A stretch of DNA of 64,000 nt from Squalus acanthias (Eukaryota): the NCBI GenBank assembly GCA_030390025.1, contig CM059435.1, forward strand, positions 39,866,001-39,930,000, read 5' to 3'. Positions 1 to 13,380 of the stretch are shown here, piece after piece. Made by a program: the position numbers and the translations under genes. Numbering within the stretch: position 1 is the first letter of the stretch; each line of letters starts with the position of its first letter. The notes below the pieces were generated by a model. The model did not search any database and was not told the DNA's origin. It saw only the letters and a list, made by a program, of their open reading frames with translations.

Positions 1-390
1 GAAAGTGGATAAGTCACCAGGTTCTGATATTATTCACCCTAGACTGTTGAAGGAAGTCAGAGAGGAGATAACAGAAGCTGTGGATCCTCCTTCGACATGC
101 AAACTGTGCTGGGGTACTGGAGAGTAGCCACTGTATCACGTCTGTTCAAGAAGGTAACACTATAGCTATAGATCAGTTTAGTCTAACCTCAGTTGTAGCC
201 AAAATCTTTAGAATACATAATTGAAGATCAAATCATTTAGACTATCAAGGACAGCCAAATGGAATTGTTAAAGGGAGATTGGATTTTGACAAATTTACTG
301 GAGTTTTTTTTTGAGATGTGATTGTATAGATAAAGGGAATGTAGTAGATGTAGTATATATGGCTTTTCAGAAGACGTTCATTAAAATGTC
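1..390 (+). mobile_element. Degenerate CR1-type LINE ORF2 fragment (truncated by window edge)
   Basis: Translates in pieces as KVDKSPGSDIIHPRLLKEVREEI and IDKGNVVDVVYMAFQKTF, matching the CR1 copy at 55.4-55.9 kb; broken by stops and frameshifts. Confidence 0.85.
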
Positions 391-424
391 TCACAAACAC
401 ACATCAAAATGTGCCACCCAACTA

Positions 425-535
425 AGATCAGCTAACTCAGCGTGGACCAAGGATGGAACCTGGAGCCTTCCCGGTCTAATGTGGCTCAGTTCAAACATTG
501 GGCAGTGAATGTACCAACTGATCTTTTGGGGAGCT
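425..535 (-). mobile_element. Old tRNA-headed SINE family A, head fragment
   Basis: Contains agatcagctaactcagc, the reverse complement of the family motif ctgtgctgagttagctgatct that recurs about 12 times in the window. Confidence 0.6.
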
Positions 536-967
536 GAAATCTTAGTGGAACAAGTATAATTTCTGATGATGTAAATACCCATCATTCTGTAGGAGGATGT
601 AATGCAAAGAGGAAATGCTTCATACAGCATTGTTTTGAATAATTCAATATTAACTTAAATTAACAGTTCTGTACATGTGTTCACCACAAGCATTGTCATG
701 TAATGGTCACACAAAGCACCACTAAGCCTATGGCAGTTCAAATATTAGTGTGTTGTACAAATGTTGCTTACAGAATTTGACAAATGGTATGAAGATCTGC
801 CTGGACAGGAAATTCTAAGTATGGCCATATTAAACTTGGTACATGGAGAGGACTGTTTGCAATATGCATGTTTCTTGATGGGTTTATCAGTAGCACTGGC
901 TAAAACCACTACATCACTATTTATAAATGAAATATGTTAGTACCACTTGATCCAATAGTGAAATAAT

Positions 968-1925
968 GGCCCAGAATTTTCAGGAAACTTGCGCCATAGT
1001 AATGGCTCATCAACACATTATTCCAGTGTAGAAGTTCCAGGAAATAATTGTGTAAGTGAGTTATGCCATTATTTACGTTGTGCTGTAATTTCCTGGAACC
1101 TTTGCGCCACTCTGCCAATACCCTCGCCGAAACCGAGAAAAGTTCCTTATCATAGCCCCGGCCACCATTGTAGTCAATGGCAAATGCAAGTTTTCTGGAT
1201 TTACACCTGCTTTCTCACCGCAGCCACTTAGTCTGAAAAATAATAGCGCAGGTCACCTGGTACTGATGTGATTTATGGCCATCACATGATTCTCATCCTG
1301 GCAGGACAACAAAGGCACCATTAAAGCAGTGGAGCCTCATCCTTTCAGTCCAGAAATTGTTTTCATATATTCTTTACTAATTCTCTCAGTTTTGGCAGTC
1401 TTGCCAGTTTTACCATGCAGAATCCATTGAGTGTCTGAAGGCAACATTTTCAAGACCCCTAGCCCCTCTCTATGCATTAAGATGGTTAAAGGAATGCAAT
1501 GGCCTATCCACTGGGCATTCCCCTGTTCTTGATTGTCGTGGACGACCTGGAGGAGAAGCAGAAAGAGGAGGTGCGTGAGGCAATATGGCCGGAGACTGCA
1601 CCAAACTCATTACTTCCCACCCCTCACCAAGAGGGTACCGGGAGCAAATGTCATTCAAGGTACTGTTGGAGGAGCTGTGCGTGCGCAGACTGCGCTTCAC
1701 CAAGGAAGCAATTGGCCAGCTCTGCAATATGCTGCAGGAAGGCCTGAAGCTGTGGTCTACTTCCTGCAGGGTTTGTCAGTGGGAATGAAGATGATGACAG
1801 CCCTCAATTTCTACGGCTCCAGTTCCTTTCAGTCAAGCACGGGAGATGTCTGTAACATCAGCCGTGAGGGCCCATAGTCAACAAATGACAGATGTCCTCT
1901 TCTGCTGGCAATGCAACTTCATTAA
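968..1925 (+). mobile_element. PIF/Harbinger DNA transposon relic with frameshifted transposase fragment (~1495-1925)
   Basis: Starts with the TIR-like ggcccagaattttc. ORF pieces YREQMSFKVLLEELCVRRLRFTKEAIGQLCNMLQ and LSVGMKMMTALNFYGSSSFQSSTGDVCNIS match the N-terminal region of Harbinger/HARBI1-type transposases. Right end not identified. Confidence 0.8.
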
Positions 1926-2249
1926 AAACCTCTGGCCTTGTCTCTGCTCTACCTCACCAAGGAGGACCCACAGGTCTTCATCCCTGAAGTTTGCAGCTTT
2001 TCTCCTCGTCTTTTCCTGACTGTGAAATAGCTGTAGAAAAGGGGCTGTGCAGACACCAAAACATACTTTTTCCAGTGTTTTACAACAATTTGTTAGCTAA
2101 AATTAACTTTTAAAAATTGATTTAAGATGATTTCAGAACTAACAACTCAATGTAGGAAAAAAGAATGGGTCACTGTCATGTGTAGCAAGAAATGGGAATT
2201 GGCATGAAGAGGATGCAAAAGAGATTCACTAAACTGATACCAACGTTGC

Positions 2250-2576
2250 TCTCCTGAATGCATTGACTTCTAGCTGGGGTATAGCTTCACAGGTGTTAGA
2301 TTTCCTCCTTTCATGTGTGAACCTTAGCAGTGAGTGTTGACAGGCAATTCATCCTCATTGGGCATCACAGCTGCGCCTGATCCTTTCTTCACCTGATGTC
2401 CATGGTGCACATTTCCCATTATGGATAATAGTTAGTAATCTCGGACTGGGACCCCTGCCAATTTACTCCTACCCAGCCCTGAGTGCTGAGAACAACATGG
2501 CACAAACCAAGAATCAACTCTGCGATCATCCTGATTTTCATGGCTTAGCTTAGTCAGCTAAACCTTCGGGGAGCTG
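2250..2576 (-). mobile_element. Old SINE family A copy
   Basis: Colinear similarity to copies at 12170-12490 and 25290-25690 (ctcctgaa...ttgac, gcctga.cct.tc..cacc, cccagccc..agtg...ctgag). Confidence 0.6.
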
Positions 2577-3089
2577 ATATGGGATTTTTAACATTTTGTT
2601 TTCTAATTTCTTTTCTTTTCCTGCCTTCTCTTCTGAAGATACTGACTCATGCTCAAACTTTGCTCTCCCAATTTATGATGTCAACAGTAATCCTCAGTAC
2701 GATTATTTTCTTGTAATCACTTCTGTTCACTCATTATTCTGTGTATGACATGATGCTTACCCTAGCTATCAGATATAAGCTAACTTTTTGTTTCAGTACT
2801 TCATGTACTGTAGCTGGAAAGAGCGGAGGAGGAAATGAGATAGGACTCCTTAGTTTGTTGTCACTGCATAAACCAGCATCCTCAGAGATTGTTCTATTTA
2901 GTTCTTTTCTATAAGTAACATATTGTAAGATTTATTTGTTTATTGGGGGAGGGACAGCTGAGTGCTTCCAAACTTTGAAAAACATGATTGACAGATGACA
3001 ATGCAAGTTGGAGAACTCATTGCGTCTTCTTTGAATAATGGCATGGGACCTTAAACTGAAGTTTATTGTCTGCTCCTGGTGGATATTAA

Positions 3090-3250
3090 ACATTTCATCT
3101 GAAGGACAACACCTACAGCAATGGAGCACTCCCTCAGTACTTCACTGGAGTATCAGCCTAGATTAGGAGCTCAAGTTTCTGACATGGGGCTCAAACCCAT
3201 AACCTTCTGACCCAGAGGCACAAGTACTACCAACTGAGCCAGGTTGACCT
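3090..3250 (-). mobile_element. DeuSINE (SacSINE1/AmnSINE1-like) 5' fragment
   Basis: Reverse complement matches the tRNA-like head and start of the Deu domain of the full copy at 41871-42314. Confidence 0.7.
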
Positions 3251-3877
3251 ATACTATGAGCAAAGAATGTTTTCATACCATGGTAGTACTATGGTAACTA
3301 TGGTAACTACTATTAAACCTAATTTTCAAAAATGTCCTCATTTTTATATTAGGACTTGGTCGCTAAATTACAGTAATATGTTTTGCCTTTCTCCAATGTT
3401 CTTTTTCAAGTCATGAAACTTTTTCTTCACTTTCTTTCATTTTCAGCTCCTCATACTTGTGAAGCCCAACATACTGTCTAGAAGATGTACGTGTGTCACA
3501 TCAAAAACGTCCTTTCGTTTATCTATGACACGGTCTACTGGGACCTCCAAAGCCTGCAGTGAAATGGTATCAATTAAGTGGCACATTAGCTACTTGACAA
3601 ATGTGAAAGAAGCATTATTACAGATGAATCTCAATTGGTTGCCTTTCTGTTGTTCCCATTAGTGAGATCAGGATGACAGAAATAGGCAACAACAAAATTA
3701 CCTGCCACTTTGGTTGGCAATCCGAAAATTCTACAACCATAGGGATGTAGAAATCCTTCTCATGAAAAGTTCAAAATGTACCCCGAGCTCTGCTTGAGCA
3801 CAATTTGAAATTAAAGGGATTACTTCAAAAGTGTAATGCACACCTGGTGTAAAGAAGGGTGATGAGGCTGATCCCTA

Positions 3878-4144
3878 GGCCCCGATTTTAACTGCAGGTG
3901 GATTCCCCGCTCAGGCCTGAGTTAAAATTACAGTCGGGTCTCAATGATGTCATCGGGCCGCAACATGCATATGTAAAGAAGGACCCTGTTGGCTCTGGGC
4001 GCGTGTCCTTGCTGCCTGCTCAGGAGAGCGGGTTAAAATTGCAGATGTTGCGATCATGGCGGCTTTCAGACAGGTAAGAGCCAGGCCGATTTTAACTGTC
4101 CACCCGCCAGGTTTCTGCTGTGCGAGTAGGGTTAAAATTGGCCC
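3878..4144. mobile_element. Harbinger-type MITE
   Basis: Imperfect TIRs ggccccgattttaac / gttaaaattggccc, 3-bp TSD cta (3875-3877, 4145-4147), internal reiterated gttaaaat motifs, CpG-rich. Confidence 0.75.
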
Positions 4145-4149
4145 CTAGT

Positions 4150-5230
4150 GTCAGAGGACTAAGTTTGAGAAATGTTTAGAAACACTCGAATTCTTCACCT
4201 TGAAAAGAGGTGTATGAAAGTTGGTCTTGTGGAAATATATAGGGGGAAAGATTCGGTTGCTTTGCGCCTCCCGTTAGCGCCCTACGAAATTGACCAGACA
4301 TTTTGCGGCGGCGCTAAACACTACCGCCACAATCTCCTGTGCCCGCAGATCGTGACGTCAGTCGAGCGTGCAATGCCCTGGACTGGATATTGAGTGGCGC
4401 CCCCTGCCTTACCGCCTGCCGCTAACAACGACAAGTTGAGGGGAGCGTTTTGCTGTCGGGAAGGGACTGGGGGAGCGCTATTTAAAGGCGACCGCTTCCT
4501 GCCTTTTTTTGTCGGAGACATTTTTGCACCACGCATTCTGAGAGAGATAGAGAGACTTCTGGAGAGATTCAACACTGTGTGAAGGAGTTTTGGGTACTGA
4601 GCAGCACTTTGCAGGTTCATTTGGATTTGACCTTCCTTGCATCGATTTAGAAGAGACTATGGGGGCTGCACTCTGAGCTCTTTCCCTGGGCCTCTCCATT
4701 GTTCTTTCCAGCAGATTTGATGTACAGGTCTCTCCAGGCCGAGATTCAAGGCTGCAATGAGCAGGGTGTGGATGGAGAGCAAGATCGACTCTCCCCTTTA
4801 AGAACTGGCCAGCGCCAGTGTGTCTGTGTTCCATTGCTGACTGACATCACATGAGCTTCGCCAGCGCTCTGAGGTAGCGCCTCGCTCCTCGGCGTTAGCG
4901 CCTTAAGAGAGGTGTGTAGCGCCTGATTTAGCGCTCCAATCACCTCCAGGGGCGATAGAAGCCAAGTTTGCAGTCGGAGGTGAAAATTAGCGGCCGGCGC
5001 TAAACTTTGCGCCGGCCGATAATTGCGCCCCAAATGGGGCGATACCGAATTTCTCCCCCATAAGGTACTAATGGAATAGAAAAGGTCAACTTTAAGCATA
5101 ATTTGAAGTTAAATCATGGACAAGAATATATAAGCACAAACTGGTAAAAGACAAGTTTGGGAAACACTTGTTCACATGAACAGTGATAAATGCTTGGAAA
5201 GATCTTCCAGGTAGAGTAGTGGAGCCCCAT
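4150..5230 (+). mobile_element. Old CR1 LINE 3' fragment split by the Harbinger insertion at 4242-5059
   Basis: Removing the insert and one TSD copy restores gaa ata tat aag gta cta (EIYKVL) after LEKRCMKVGLV, the CR1 ORF2 C-terminal LEKRRLRGDLIEVYKIL motif. Confidence 0.7.
4242..5059 (+). mobile_element. Non-autonomous Harbinger-type element, copy 1 (818 bp)
   Basis: TIRs gggggaaagattcggt / accgaatttctccccc, 3-bp TSD ata (4239-4241, 5060-5062), CpG-rich subterminal regions; homologous in opposite orientation to 62837-63728. Confidence 0.85.
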
Positions 5231-6074
5231 GTCAGAAGCTTGAGCTCCTAATCTAGGCTAACACTCCAGTGCAGTAGTGAGGGAGTGCTCCATTGTTGTA
5301 GGTGTTGTCCTTCATGAGGCAGTTGGCTGATACAATAATTGGGTGGAGAATTGTAGTTTCTATGGACACTACTAAGCCTCTCTCATCTGTATTATCTTTG
5401 TGGTAACATCCTAATAATTCACTGATAGAAACAAAAAAAGCACAAAAATAACTTGACATTAGTTTTGAGACCACTCCCAATGTCACAGGAAGTAATTGTG
5501 CTGTTGAATTCCATTAGTTGGTGATGTATGGATAGAGCATAAGAGTGTGGATTGTTTGGGCAGTGCCTGTATGCAGAGTCCACAGTAAAACTGGAAGTTC
5601 ATTTGCTACTCATGACCCACAGCAGCATCAGGCAGACTTCACTATGGTCTGCCACAACATAACTCATTTTAAGAACATATCGGGTAGATTTTCCTCCGTT
5701 GCACTCGGGCGTAAATAATTAGGCAGGGTGTATTACACGCCCATAGGATCCTGGCCAGATTTTCCATTCCATTAGTTTTATCTTATATTGCACCTCATGT
5801 TTGCCTACATAGCAAGTTACTGCACTACAAAAACAAAACTTTGTACAAATTTATTTGAGCGTGTGACACAACACAAGCATTTAATAAGTTTGGGCTCCAC
5901 CTTAAGGACTGTATCATATGGTTATGGTGGCTATTTCAGGCAACTCTTTAATGCCTACCTAGTATAACCTGAATAGACCCCAGTATTTCCAGCAGCAACT
6001 TCACCCAAATTTTATCATCCAATTTATATCTGTACTATTGGACACATGTAGAAACTTACTTGGCTCTCAAATCT

Positions 6075-7345
6075 GTGCCCATCTTTCCTACAACACTGTT
6101 TGAATCTGTCCAGTCAGGTTTCCACCCTGCCACAGCACTGAAATGGCCCTAATCAAAGTCAAAAATGATTTCCATGACTATGACCGTGATGCATCCTCCC
6201 TTCTTGCCCTCCTCGGCCTCTCTGCAGCCTTTGATATGGTTGACCACACCATCCTCCTTGCATCCACTCTTTCTATCTAATCACAGCCAGGGAAACTCCT
6301 ATAATGGCTTTTCTTTCCACTCCTCCACTGTTATCTTCTGAAGCCCCCCAAAGGATCAATCCTTGACCCCTTTGTCTTCCTCAACTATATGCTGCCCCTT
6401 GGAGTCATCATCTGCAGATATGGGGTCAGCTTCCACATTTACACTGGCGCTACCCCTCGAGCACCTCGCTCGACCCCTCTACTGCCTCTGTTGTCAGACT
6501 GCTTTTCCAACATCCAGTAATTTCCTTCAGTTAAACATTGGGAAGACTGAGGCCTTTCCCTTCGGCCCCCACCACAAACTCTGTACCCTTACCACTGAAT
6601 CCATTCCCCTCCCCAGCCATTGTCTCAGGCTGAACGAGACCTATTTAACCCCAAACTGAGCTTCCACCCCTATATCCTTTCCGTTACAAAGACCGCCTAC
6701 TTCCACATCTGTAACTTCGCCTGCCTCTGCCGTCACCTCTGTCCATCTACTGCTGAAATCCTCATCCATGCCTTTGTCACCTCCAGACTTGAATATTCCA
6801 ATGCTTTCCAGGATGACCTCCCATCCTCCACCTTCTGTAAACTTCAGTTCATCCAAAACTCTGCTGACCATATCCTATCCCACTCCAAGTCCCGCTCATC
6901 TAGCATCCCTGTCCTTGCTGATCTACATTGACTTCCGAACACCGACAGCTAAAATTTAAAATGTTCATTCTTGTGTGGAAATCTCTTTCATGACCTTGCC
7001 TCGCCTTATCTCCATACACTCCTCCAGCCCTACAAATCATCCACCCCTGAATTCTCTGCTTCTCCGGCTCTGGCCTTTTGTGCCTCCCCTCCTCCCTTCA
7101 CCCCAACATTAGAGGCTGTCCATTTATCTGTCTAGGCCCCATACTCTGGAATTCCCTGCCTAAGCTTCTCCACCTCTTTTAAAACCCTCCTTAAAACCCA
7201 CTTCTTCGACCAAGCTTTTGGTCACCCCTCCTAATTACTCTTTCTTTGGTTCTGCGTCCATTAATTTCTGATTATGCCTCTGTGAAGCACCTAACAAAGT
7301 TTTTCTACATTAAAGGCACTATATAAATGCAAGCCATTGCTATTG
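6075..7345 (+). mobile_element. L2-clade LINE, 3' portion (degenerate RT and 3' tail)
   Basis: Peptide remnants QSGFHP, FLQLNIGKTEA, SVTKTAYFHI, HAFVTSRLEYSNA; 3' tail ctgtgaagcac...aaaggcactatataaatgcaag typical of L2. Confidence 0.9.
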
Positions 7346-8434
7346 GTGACACAGGTGCTCAGCAACAATAATGTCATATTAGATTGCTTCTATTTCCTGA
7401 CTTGCAAAGAAGAAAATAAATGTCATCGGAGATTAAAAAAACAGGTGCCGACTGAGCCCTTTCGGAGTCCCATAGTGTTATGTGATCTTTAACTAGAGAA
7501 GTGAGAGAGAAAAGAAATGACAGTCTATCATTTCAGCAGCAACACTTCAAAATATTCATTTCACTTATCCTGCAAGCATGATTAGTAGTTTCCATGTCCA
7601 TAGGATTCACAAATATTAAAAGCTGTTATAATCTGGTGTTGCTGGGCTACATAGTTTATTAATGGTTTGCTGTTTCTATTTGGTCATACTAATGTAATGT
7701 TCTGTATCTGTTTATATTAAATCGACATTAAGGTATCACTGTTGGTCTAAATAATATGGGAACCTTAATGTCTTATTTTAGAGAGTTTGCACTGAGGGAA
7801 GAGTGTCCTTTTGCTTACGCAAGACTAACTTGTATTGTATGAAAATCAAGCTGCTGAAGTGAAACTAAAAAAAAAGTTTATTTTTCTTTGAAAAGGCTGT
7901 CTCTGATGTTTATTAGCTAATTACAAGTGTAAGTATTTTACCAAATGCTCTTTACTATACTTGCACATGTAAGCTCTGTGATGTTTACAACTTGCATATT
8001 TTGGTACTGTAATTTAAAATCATGCAATCGGGCCCCAAGGGAAATGAACTGTTTCAAACCAACTGGACTTCTTTCTTGTGATCAGGAATGTTGGAATTGC
8101 TATTATTATCAATCTACCACTACTAAATATCAAAACATAATTGTCTGCCTAGTTCCTCAAAAGAAGTACCTTGCTTTTAAAAAATGGCAGCTTTACACCA
8201 CAAAACTGAAGCAAAGTGAGTTCCAAGAATTATGGAGCTCCCTTCTAGATTACTACAATGAAACACAGAATAAAGCAATTGTGTACAGCATACAAAAGAA
8301 AGCCAAATGAACTAGTCTTAGGTTCATGGAAATTTGCTTTTCTCCAGATACTAAATATTTATTATCTACAACAACAGGTCTCTGCATATCACAATAATAA
8401 CAGGCCAAGGGCATTATACATGCCATTTAGACTC

Positions 8435-8810
8435 CCCCGGTGACTTTGTGAGCTTATGCAATGAGTGCCTACAGACTAGAAGGTAACAAGTTCAATCCCC
8501 AGTCTGTGCTGAGTTTGCTGATCATAGCCTCAGTGGCGATAGGAGTGCTACAATTGATCTCAGTGTTTTTCTTAGTTAAAAAGAAAAAATCGTACAGGGT
8601 TCCCACTTCTGATCATTAGCCAGTTGGAAGTGTGCATGTGTGGACAGGATTAGAGTTGACTGTGACGCCTTATGCAGTTGCCAGCCTGCTGACAGTAATT
8701 GTCTGGGCTCACGCAGATGCAATGGCTACTCAAACCAAATGGGAACCAATGCCCTTATACCACAGCAAGGAGTGAATGCTTTCCGGAAAGGGATAAGGCA
8801 GGAAGAAAAT
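8435..8810 (+). mobile_element. Old SINE family A, near full-length copy
   Basis: B-box-like gttcaatccc, then ctgtgctgagtttgctgatc, gtgtgcatgtgtggac and a purine-rich tail. Confidence 0.65.
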
Positions 8811-9097
8811 TGACAGAGATAAAAATTGCTGCTCTGAAAATTATGACAAAAAAAAGGAGCATGAAAGCAACCCATGATGATATTTCCTTTGATTCTACAT
8901 GCCTCTCTGCATGGAGGGGGGGAAAGGTCTGATCTCCAAAAGATGCCTTTCATGGCAGTCTGGGTACGATTAGAAGCTCAACATCTGGGAGAACTTTTGT
9001 CTGAACATTTCATGGCACAGCACAATGGGCTTCCAAAGCACTCTGTCCATGCACCACTATTCGGATTTTATTAACCCATCTGCAGGCACTAAACATT

Positions 9098-9753
9098 GGC
9101 CCTGAAATTCTGGGGGCTGGGGAAGGTGGTTTTGTTGCATAACGTCTGCGAGATGGATGGAACGCAGAACTGGCAGGGTTCCACCCCTTTACAGCCTCAT
9201 GGTAAATGTCACTTTCTGGTGGTGGGTCTACAATACAGTTGCCCACTTGTGGGCGAATGTATCATAATCCAATGTTAATGAGAGAAATACATCATATGAT
9301 GCATTTCCCTTATTTATGCCCTTAGCACCATTGGATGTCAGGAATACTTTTGAGTTTCCTGTGTGCAACATTGCTGGGGCATGGGCTGGGGAATTCCAGA
9401 ATTTTCAGGCCCGTTTTGTAATGCAATCAATCATAAAACAATCGACTGCATTTCATACACTAACAGAACTATTTTTGTCTCATCTTCAATCATGGATCTC
9501 TAGTCCCACAGACCATTGATACTGTGGCAAAGCACCACTGCAGGATTCCTTTAGGTGGGTGCCCCAGTTACACTGGGAACGGCGACTAGTCTCAGTGTCC
9601 CTTGTTGAGGGAGGGAAAATCATACAGGGTTTCTTAAGTAGCCTGACCTCGAGATACCTGACAGGGTCAGGGTCCTCCACAGCAGGCAGACAGAAGTTCT
9701 GCTCGTCCCCCACATCTGCCCTCTAACAAGGTCTCAACACGAATTTCAGGGCC
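9098..9753. mobile_element. Harbinger-type MITE(s), possibly nested
   Basis: Left TIR ggccctgaaattctgg at 9098. Two candidate right TIRs: ccagaattttcaggccc ending 9412 and gaatttcagggcc ending 9753 (exact 13-bp complement of the left end). TSD imperfect. Confidence 0.55.
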
Positions 9754-10360
9754 ACAAAATCAAAGACCTGCACATAGAGGTCAAAGTTTGCATAATTACA
9801 AAACAAGCCAATTTTTCACCCAAAATTATAGTCCATGAAACAAGCTTAAAATGCCTCATTAGATTTTCTCAAAATTCAGTAAGGCACACCCTATCATCAG
9901 GCTCTGAGTCGCTGTTTATAAATGATCAGACTAAAAACCATCTGAGCAGTGATCCCTTAATAACCATACTTAGATTAAAAATTCCATGTACCTAGCAATA
10001 GCCAGAAATAAAACCCAAAAATGTAGTAATATATATTTTACTATCAGTCACACAAGTACTATTCGTTCATTAGGTTAACCCTGAATGTGTATATCATAGC
10101 ACTGATGTACAAAGTTCAAGAAGTTCCTGTTTATTTGGCAGAATAATGATTATGTGAGATGCTACCAAAGTGTAAATAGTTTGGTGACTCCAGCAGAAAA
10201 CATATCATAGAATCTTTACACACCACTCCTGAGTTAACTTCAGCATTGTAAAAAGAAACCAAAGGATCTAATGCCAGCATAATAATAAATGAAAAGAATT
10301 AATGCAACTTGTAGTTATTGTGGATTTAATTACTTCTCCTGGTGTAATCTATAGTTCAAA

Positions 10361-10455
10361 TCTTCTTCTGACGAAGGGTCCACACCTGAAATTAACTCAT
10401 CCGCTCTCTCCACAGATGCTGACTGATGTGCCGAGCGTTTTCCAGCATTTTCTGG
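10361..10455 (+). mobile_element. Penelope-like terminal repeat fragment with degenerate hammerhead motif
   Basis: ctgacga-agggtc-cac-acct-gaaa-ttaactc followed by ctctccacagatgctg...ccagcattttctg; same family as 60034-60137. Confidence 0.7.
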
Positions 10456-11243
10456 AATGTCAAAGTTGCATTTTTACAATGTGTGCAGCTATCAGAAAAC
10501 TTATTAAATAGGCCAAAGGTAAAGCAGCTGATCTGTTTCAATTTGATTGCGCAACTGCTGTTTCTATGTTCTGATGCAGAGTTTGCCAAACCTCCTAAAA
10601 TATTCAGGATTATTGGCACGATACTTTCCTTGTAATATAGGTGGTGCTGATATGCTTTTTTCGTATACTTATGAAATACAACTGATTCAACATGATGAAT
10701 TCCAAATCTTAGTTATGTGAGACCTTCACAAATGTACAAAAAAACATGCTCTGATGATAGCAGTCGAAATTCAGTGTGAGTGTAAGAGTTAATCATTAAG
10801 ACATTGTATTGAAGAGGCAGAGAAAATATGTACTGTCTTAGAAAATGCGTATTGCATTAGATAATGAGCAGAGTTGTGTGTGACAGTAGAAGTTATGCTA
10901 CCAATACGATTCATATCGGGGCTTCAATTTGAACTATACACAGTAGGTAATGGTGACTGTTTTAGAAACTTCACTGGTATCTAAATACAGTGTGCCTAGT
11001 AAAATCACTGGTGGGATAATTTAAGTCCATACTGTAACTTGCTGTATCATAAATACAGTCCTAGTATCAAGTGGAAGTATTTTTGTCCTCTACTCTAGTG
11101 AGTAATGTAAACCTGCCCTTGCCACAAAGACTTTCCGAAACATATCTGTAACATTGATGGAAAACTAAAATATAAAATAAAACTATTGTAGCAGGACTGG
11201 TGATTTGTCAAAAAATAAATAAATTACATCAGCCCTTGTAACT

Positions 11244-11405
11244 CATAAGAACATAAGAAATAGGAGCAGGAGTAGGCCATTCGGCCCTTTGAGCCCGCTC
11301 TGCTATTCAATAAGATCATGGCTGATCTTCTACCTCAACTCCACCTTCCCGCATTATCCCCATATCCCTTGAGTCCCTTAGTATCCAACAATCTATTGAT
11401 CTCTC
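11244..11405 (-). mobile_element. CR1 LINE 3' end
   Basis: cataagaacataagaaataggagcaggagtaggccattcggccc is the reverse complement of the CR1 3' tail at ~56950-56983. Confidence 0.9.
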
Positions 11406-11564
11406 GTGAATGCAATTAATAACACCGTAACACTTTCTCTGCTGTCTTAATGTACATGGTTAGAGCAAGAGCTGGTGTGACTGTATGGATTAATTTTTTT
11501 TCGAAGAGCTAGCCTTTATAATAATAAATTCTACAAATAAGGGGATATGCCAACAGTTATTTTT

Positions 11565-12028
11565 TTGTTATTCATTCACGTTGCTGGCAAGGCCGGCATT
11601 TATTGCTCATCCCTAGTTGCCCTTGAGAAGGTGGTGGTGAGCCACCTTCTTGAACTGTTGCAGTCCGTGTGGTGAAGGTACTCCCACAGTGACTTTGTCG
11701 TAGTGGTTTGGTACAACTGAGTGGCTTGCTAGGCCATTTCAGAGGGCAGTTTAAGAGTCAACCACATTGCTGTGGGCCAAGGAGTCACATATAGGCCAGA
11801 CCGGGTTAGGAAGGCAGATTTCCTTCCCTAAAGGGCATTAGTGAACCAGATGGGTTTTTTACGACAATCCAGTAGTTCCATGATCACCATTACTGATACT
11901 AGCTTTTATGTTCCCGATTTATTTAATTAACTGAATTTAAATTCCCCAGCTGCCGTGGTGGGGTTTGAACTAGTCCAAGCCTCTGGATTACTAGTCCAGT
12001 AACATAACCACTATGCTACCATTCCCAT
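11565..12028 (-). mobile_element. tRNA-derived SINE family B
   Basis: Minus strand begins gggaatggtagcatagtggtta...gttcaaaccc (A/B boxes); partial homologues at 30235-30430 and 52380-52470. Confidence 0.75.
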
Positions 12029-12169
12029 TATATATTACTGTACCACATATCAGCAATTATATAAAGTCATATCTATATTTAAACATCAATTATCATTTTA
12101 ATATTAACATTTAAAAATACAGTGTAGGCTAATACAACACTACTTTTGTAACTTATTTTCCTCTTGCCA

Positions 12170-12490
12170 ATTTTTCTTCCTTCCCATCATCTCCTGAAGT
12201 AGTTGAGTCCTTGCTGGTGTACAGTTCCATTGGTGTATAACTCCTTCTGATACCTCACTCAAGTAGTCTTTATTCCTGTGCGAGCTGTCACAACAAGTGT
12301 TGATGGGACATTTTACCATGGGGTACTTCCCTGCCTAGCCTACTTCTGTCTTCCATTTTTCATACATGTACACTTCCAGCAGGAATCCCTAAGGCCAAAT
12401 GGATTGTCATGTTGGGATTAGCTAACACAACACTGGGCATTGAGCCTGAGATCTTCAAAGTCTGCATGGCTGAGCTACTCAGTGGATTAA
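12170..12490 (-). mobile_element. Old SINE family A copy
   Basis: Similarity to other minus-strand copies; ttagctaacacaacac motif and head tggctgagctactcagtgg. Confidence 0.55.
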
Positions 12491-13004
12491 AGCTGTTTTT
12501 CGATTGCACCAGGACCTATGCTAATGGTGGCAGCTCCCAACGCCTGGGTCACATATGGCTGACTTCAACCACCAAGCAAACTTGTTGGAATTGGCTCAGA
12601 CTGGCAGTGGGGAAGAGCTGTTTTCACTTGCTTGAACCACTAAGGAAGCCATTCCTAGCCTTTTCCTAGAAAGAGCTATCCAGGTACCAACAGTTTTGGT
12701 TAGTGGTGTATAGACTATGAGGAAAGAATGTGAGAATTGGTCTGCAAGCTTCTTATAATTTCTCGTTGATGTTGGAATGAATGATAGTGCACTAGGTCAA
12801 TGCTGTGTTAAACATAGCTATAGTCAAATAGTGGGAATAAATTACACCAATAAATTACACAAAGCTTTTCCTAAAGTAAAGGTAAATATTTTGCAATACA
12901 CTTAATGAAGCCTGAAATAGGCCTCAATTAGATAGGGTTGATCTTTCTATATTTATTACCGTATGATATTTTTTCATGTGTGACTAGGGTGAATTACATT
13001 TAGA

Positions 13005-13380
13005 AGAGAATTGGTTGAATCCCTGTATGTGCTGAGTTAGCTAACCTCAGTTGAGGTAAGGGTAGAGGAATGACAATTGGGTTATGGTGCTTGGGTAAGG
13101 AGATACAAATACAAAATTACCCATGATTCCTTCTTCTGATTGCTGTCCAGCGATTCCCTGCTGGAATGTGCAGATTTGTGAAATTTGGATAAGGACATAA
13201 TTGGGTGGCTACGATGCTGCTCGTGGTTGAATTGCCTGCTAACACTCAAAATCTAGACTCACTGTTAAGGAAGTTACCATGAGGCTACGGACACCTTGGA
13301 ATGCACCCCAGTATGATTCACTGACTTTTGGAGAGGAGTGCTAAGGGGAGACAAATTGTGGGGGAAGAGCAGCAGGGGAA
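13005..13380 (+). mobile_element. Old SINE family A copy
   Basis: ggttgaatccctgtatgtgctgagttagctaacctcag and colinear downstream similarity with 8435-8810. Confidence 0.6.

Noticed and set aside
1495-1925. Domesticated HARBI1-like gene
   Set aside because: Split across frames, truncated before the DDE core and preceded by a TIR-like end; a transposon relic.
4321-5099. Paralogous-looking ORFs here and at 63063-63464
   Set aside because: The similarity comes from two copies of one non-autonomous transposon; frames are not preserved between copies.
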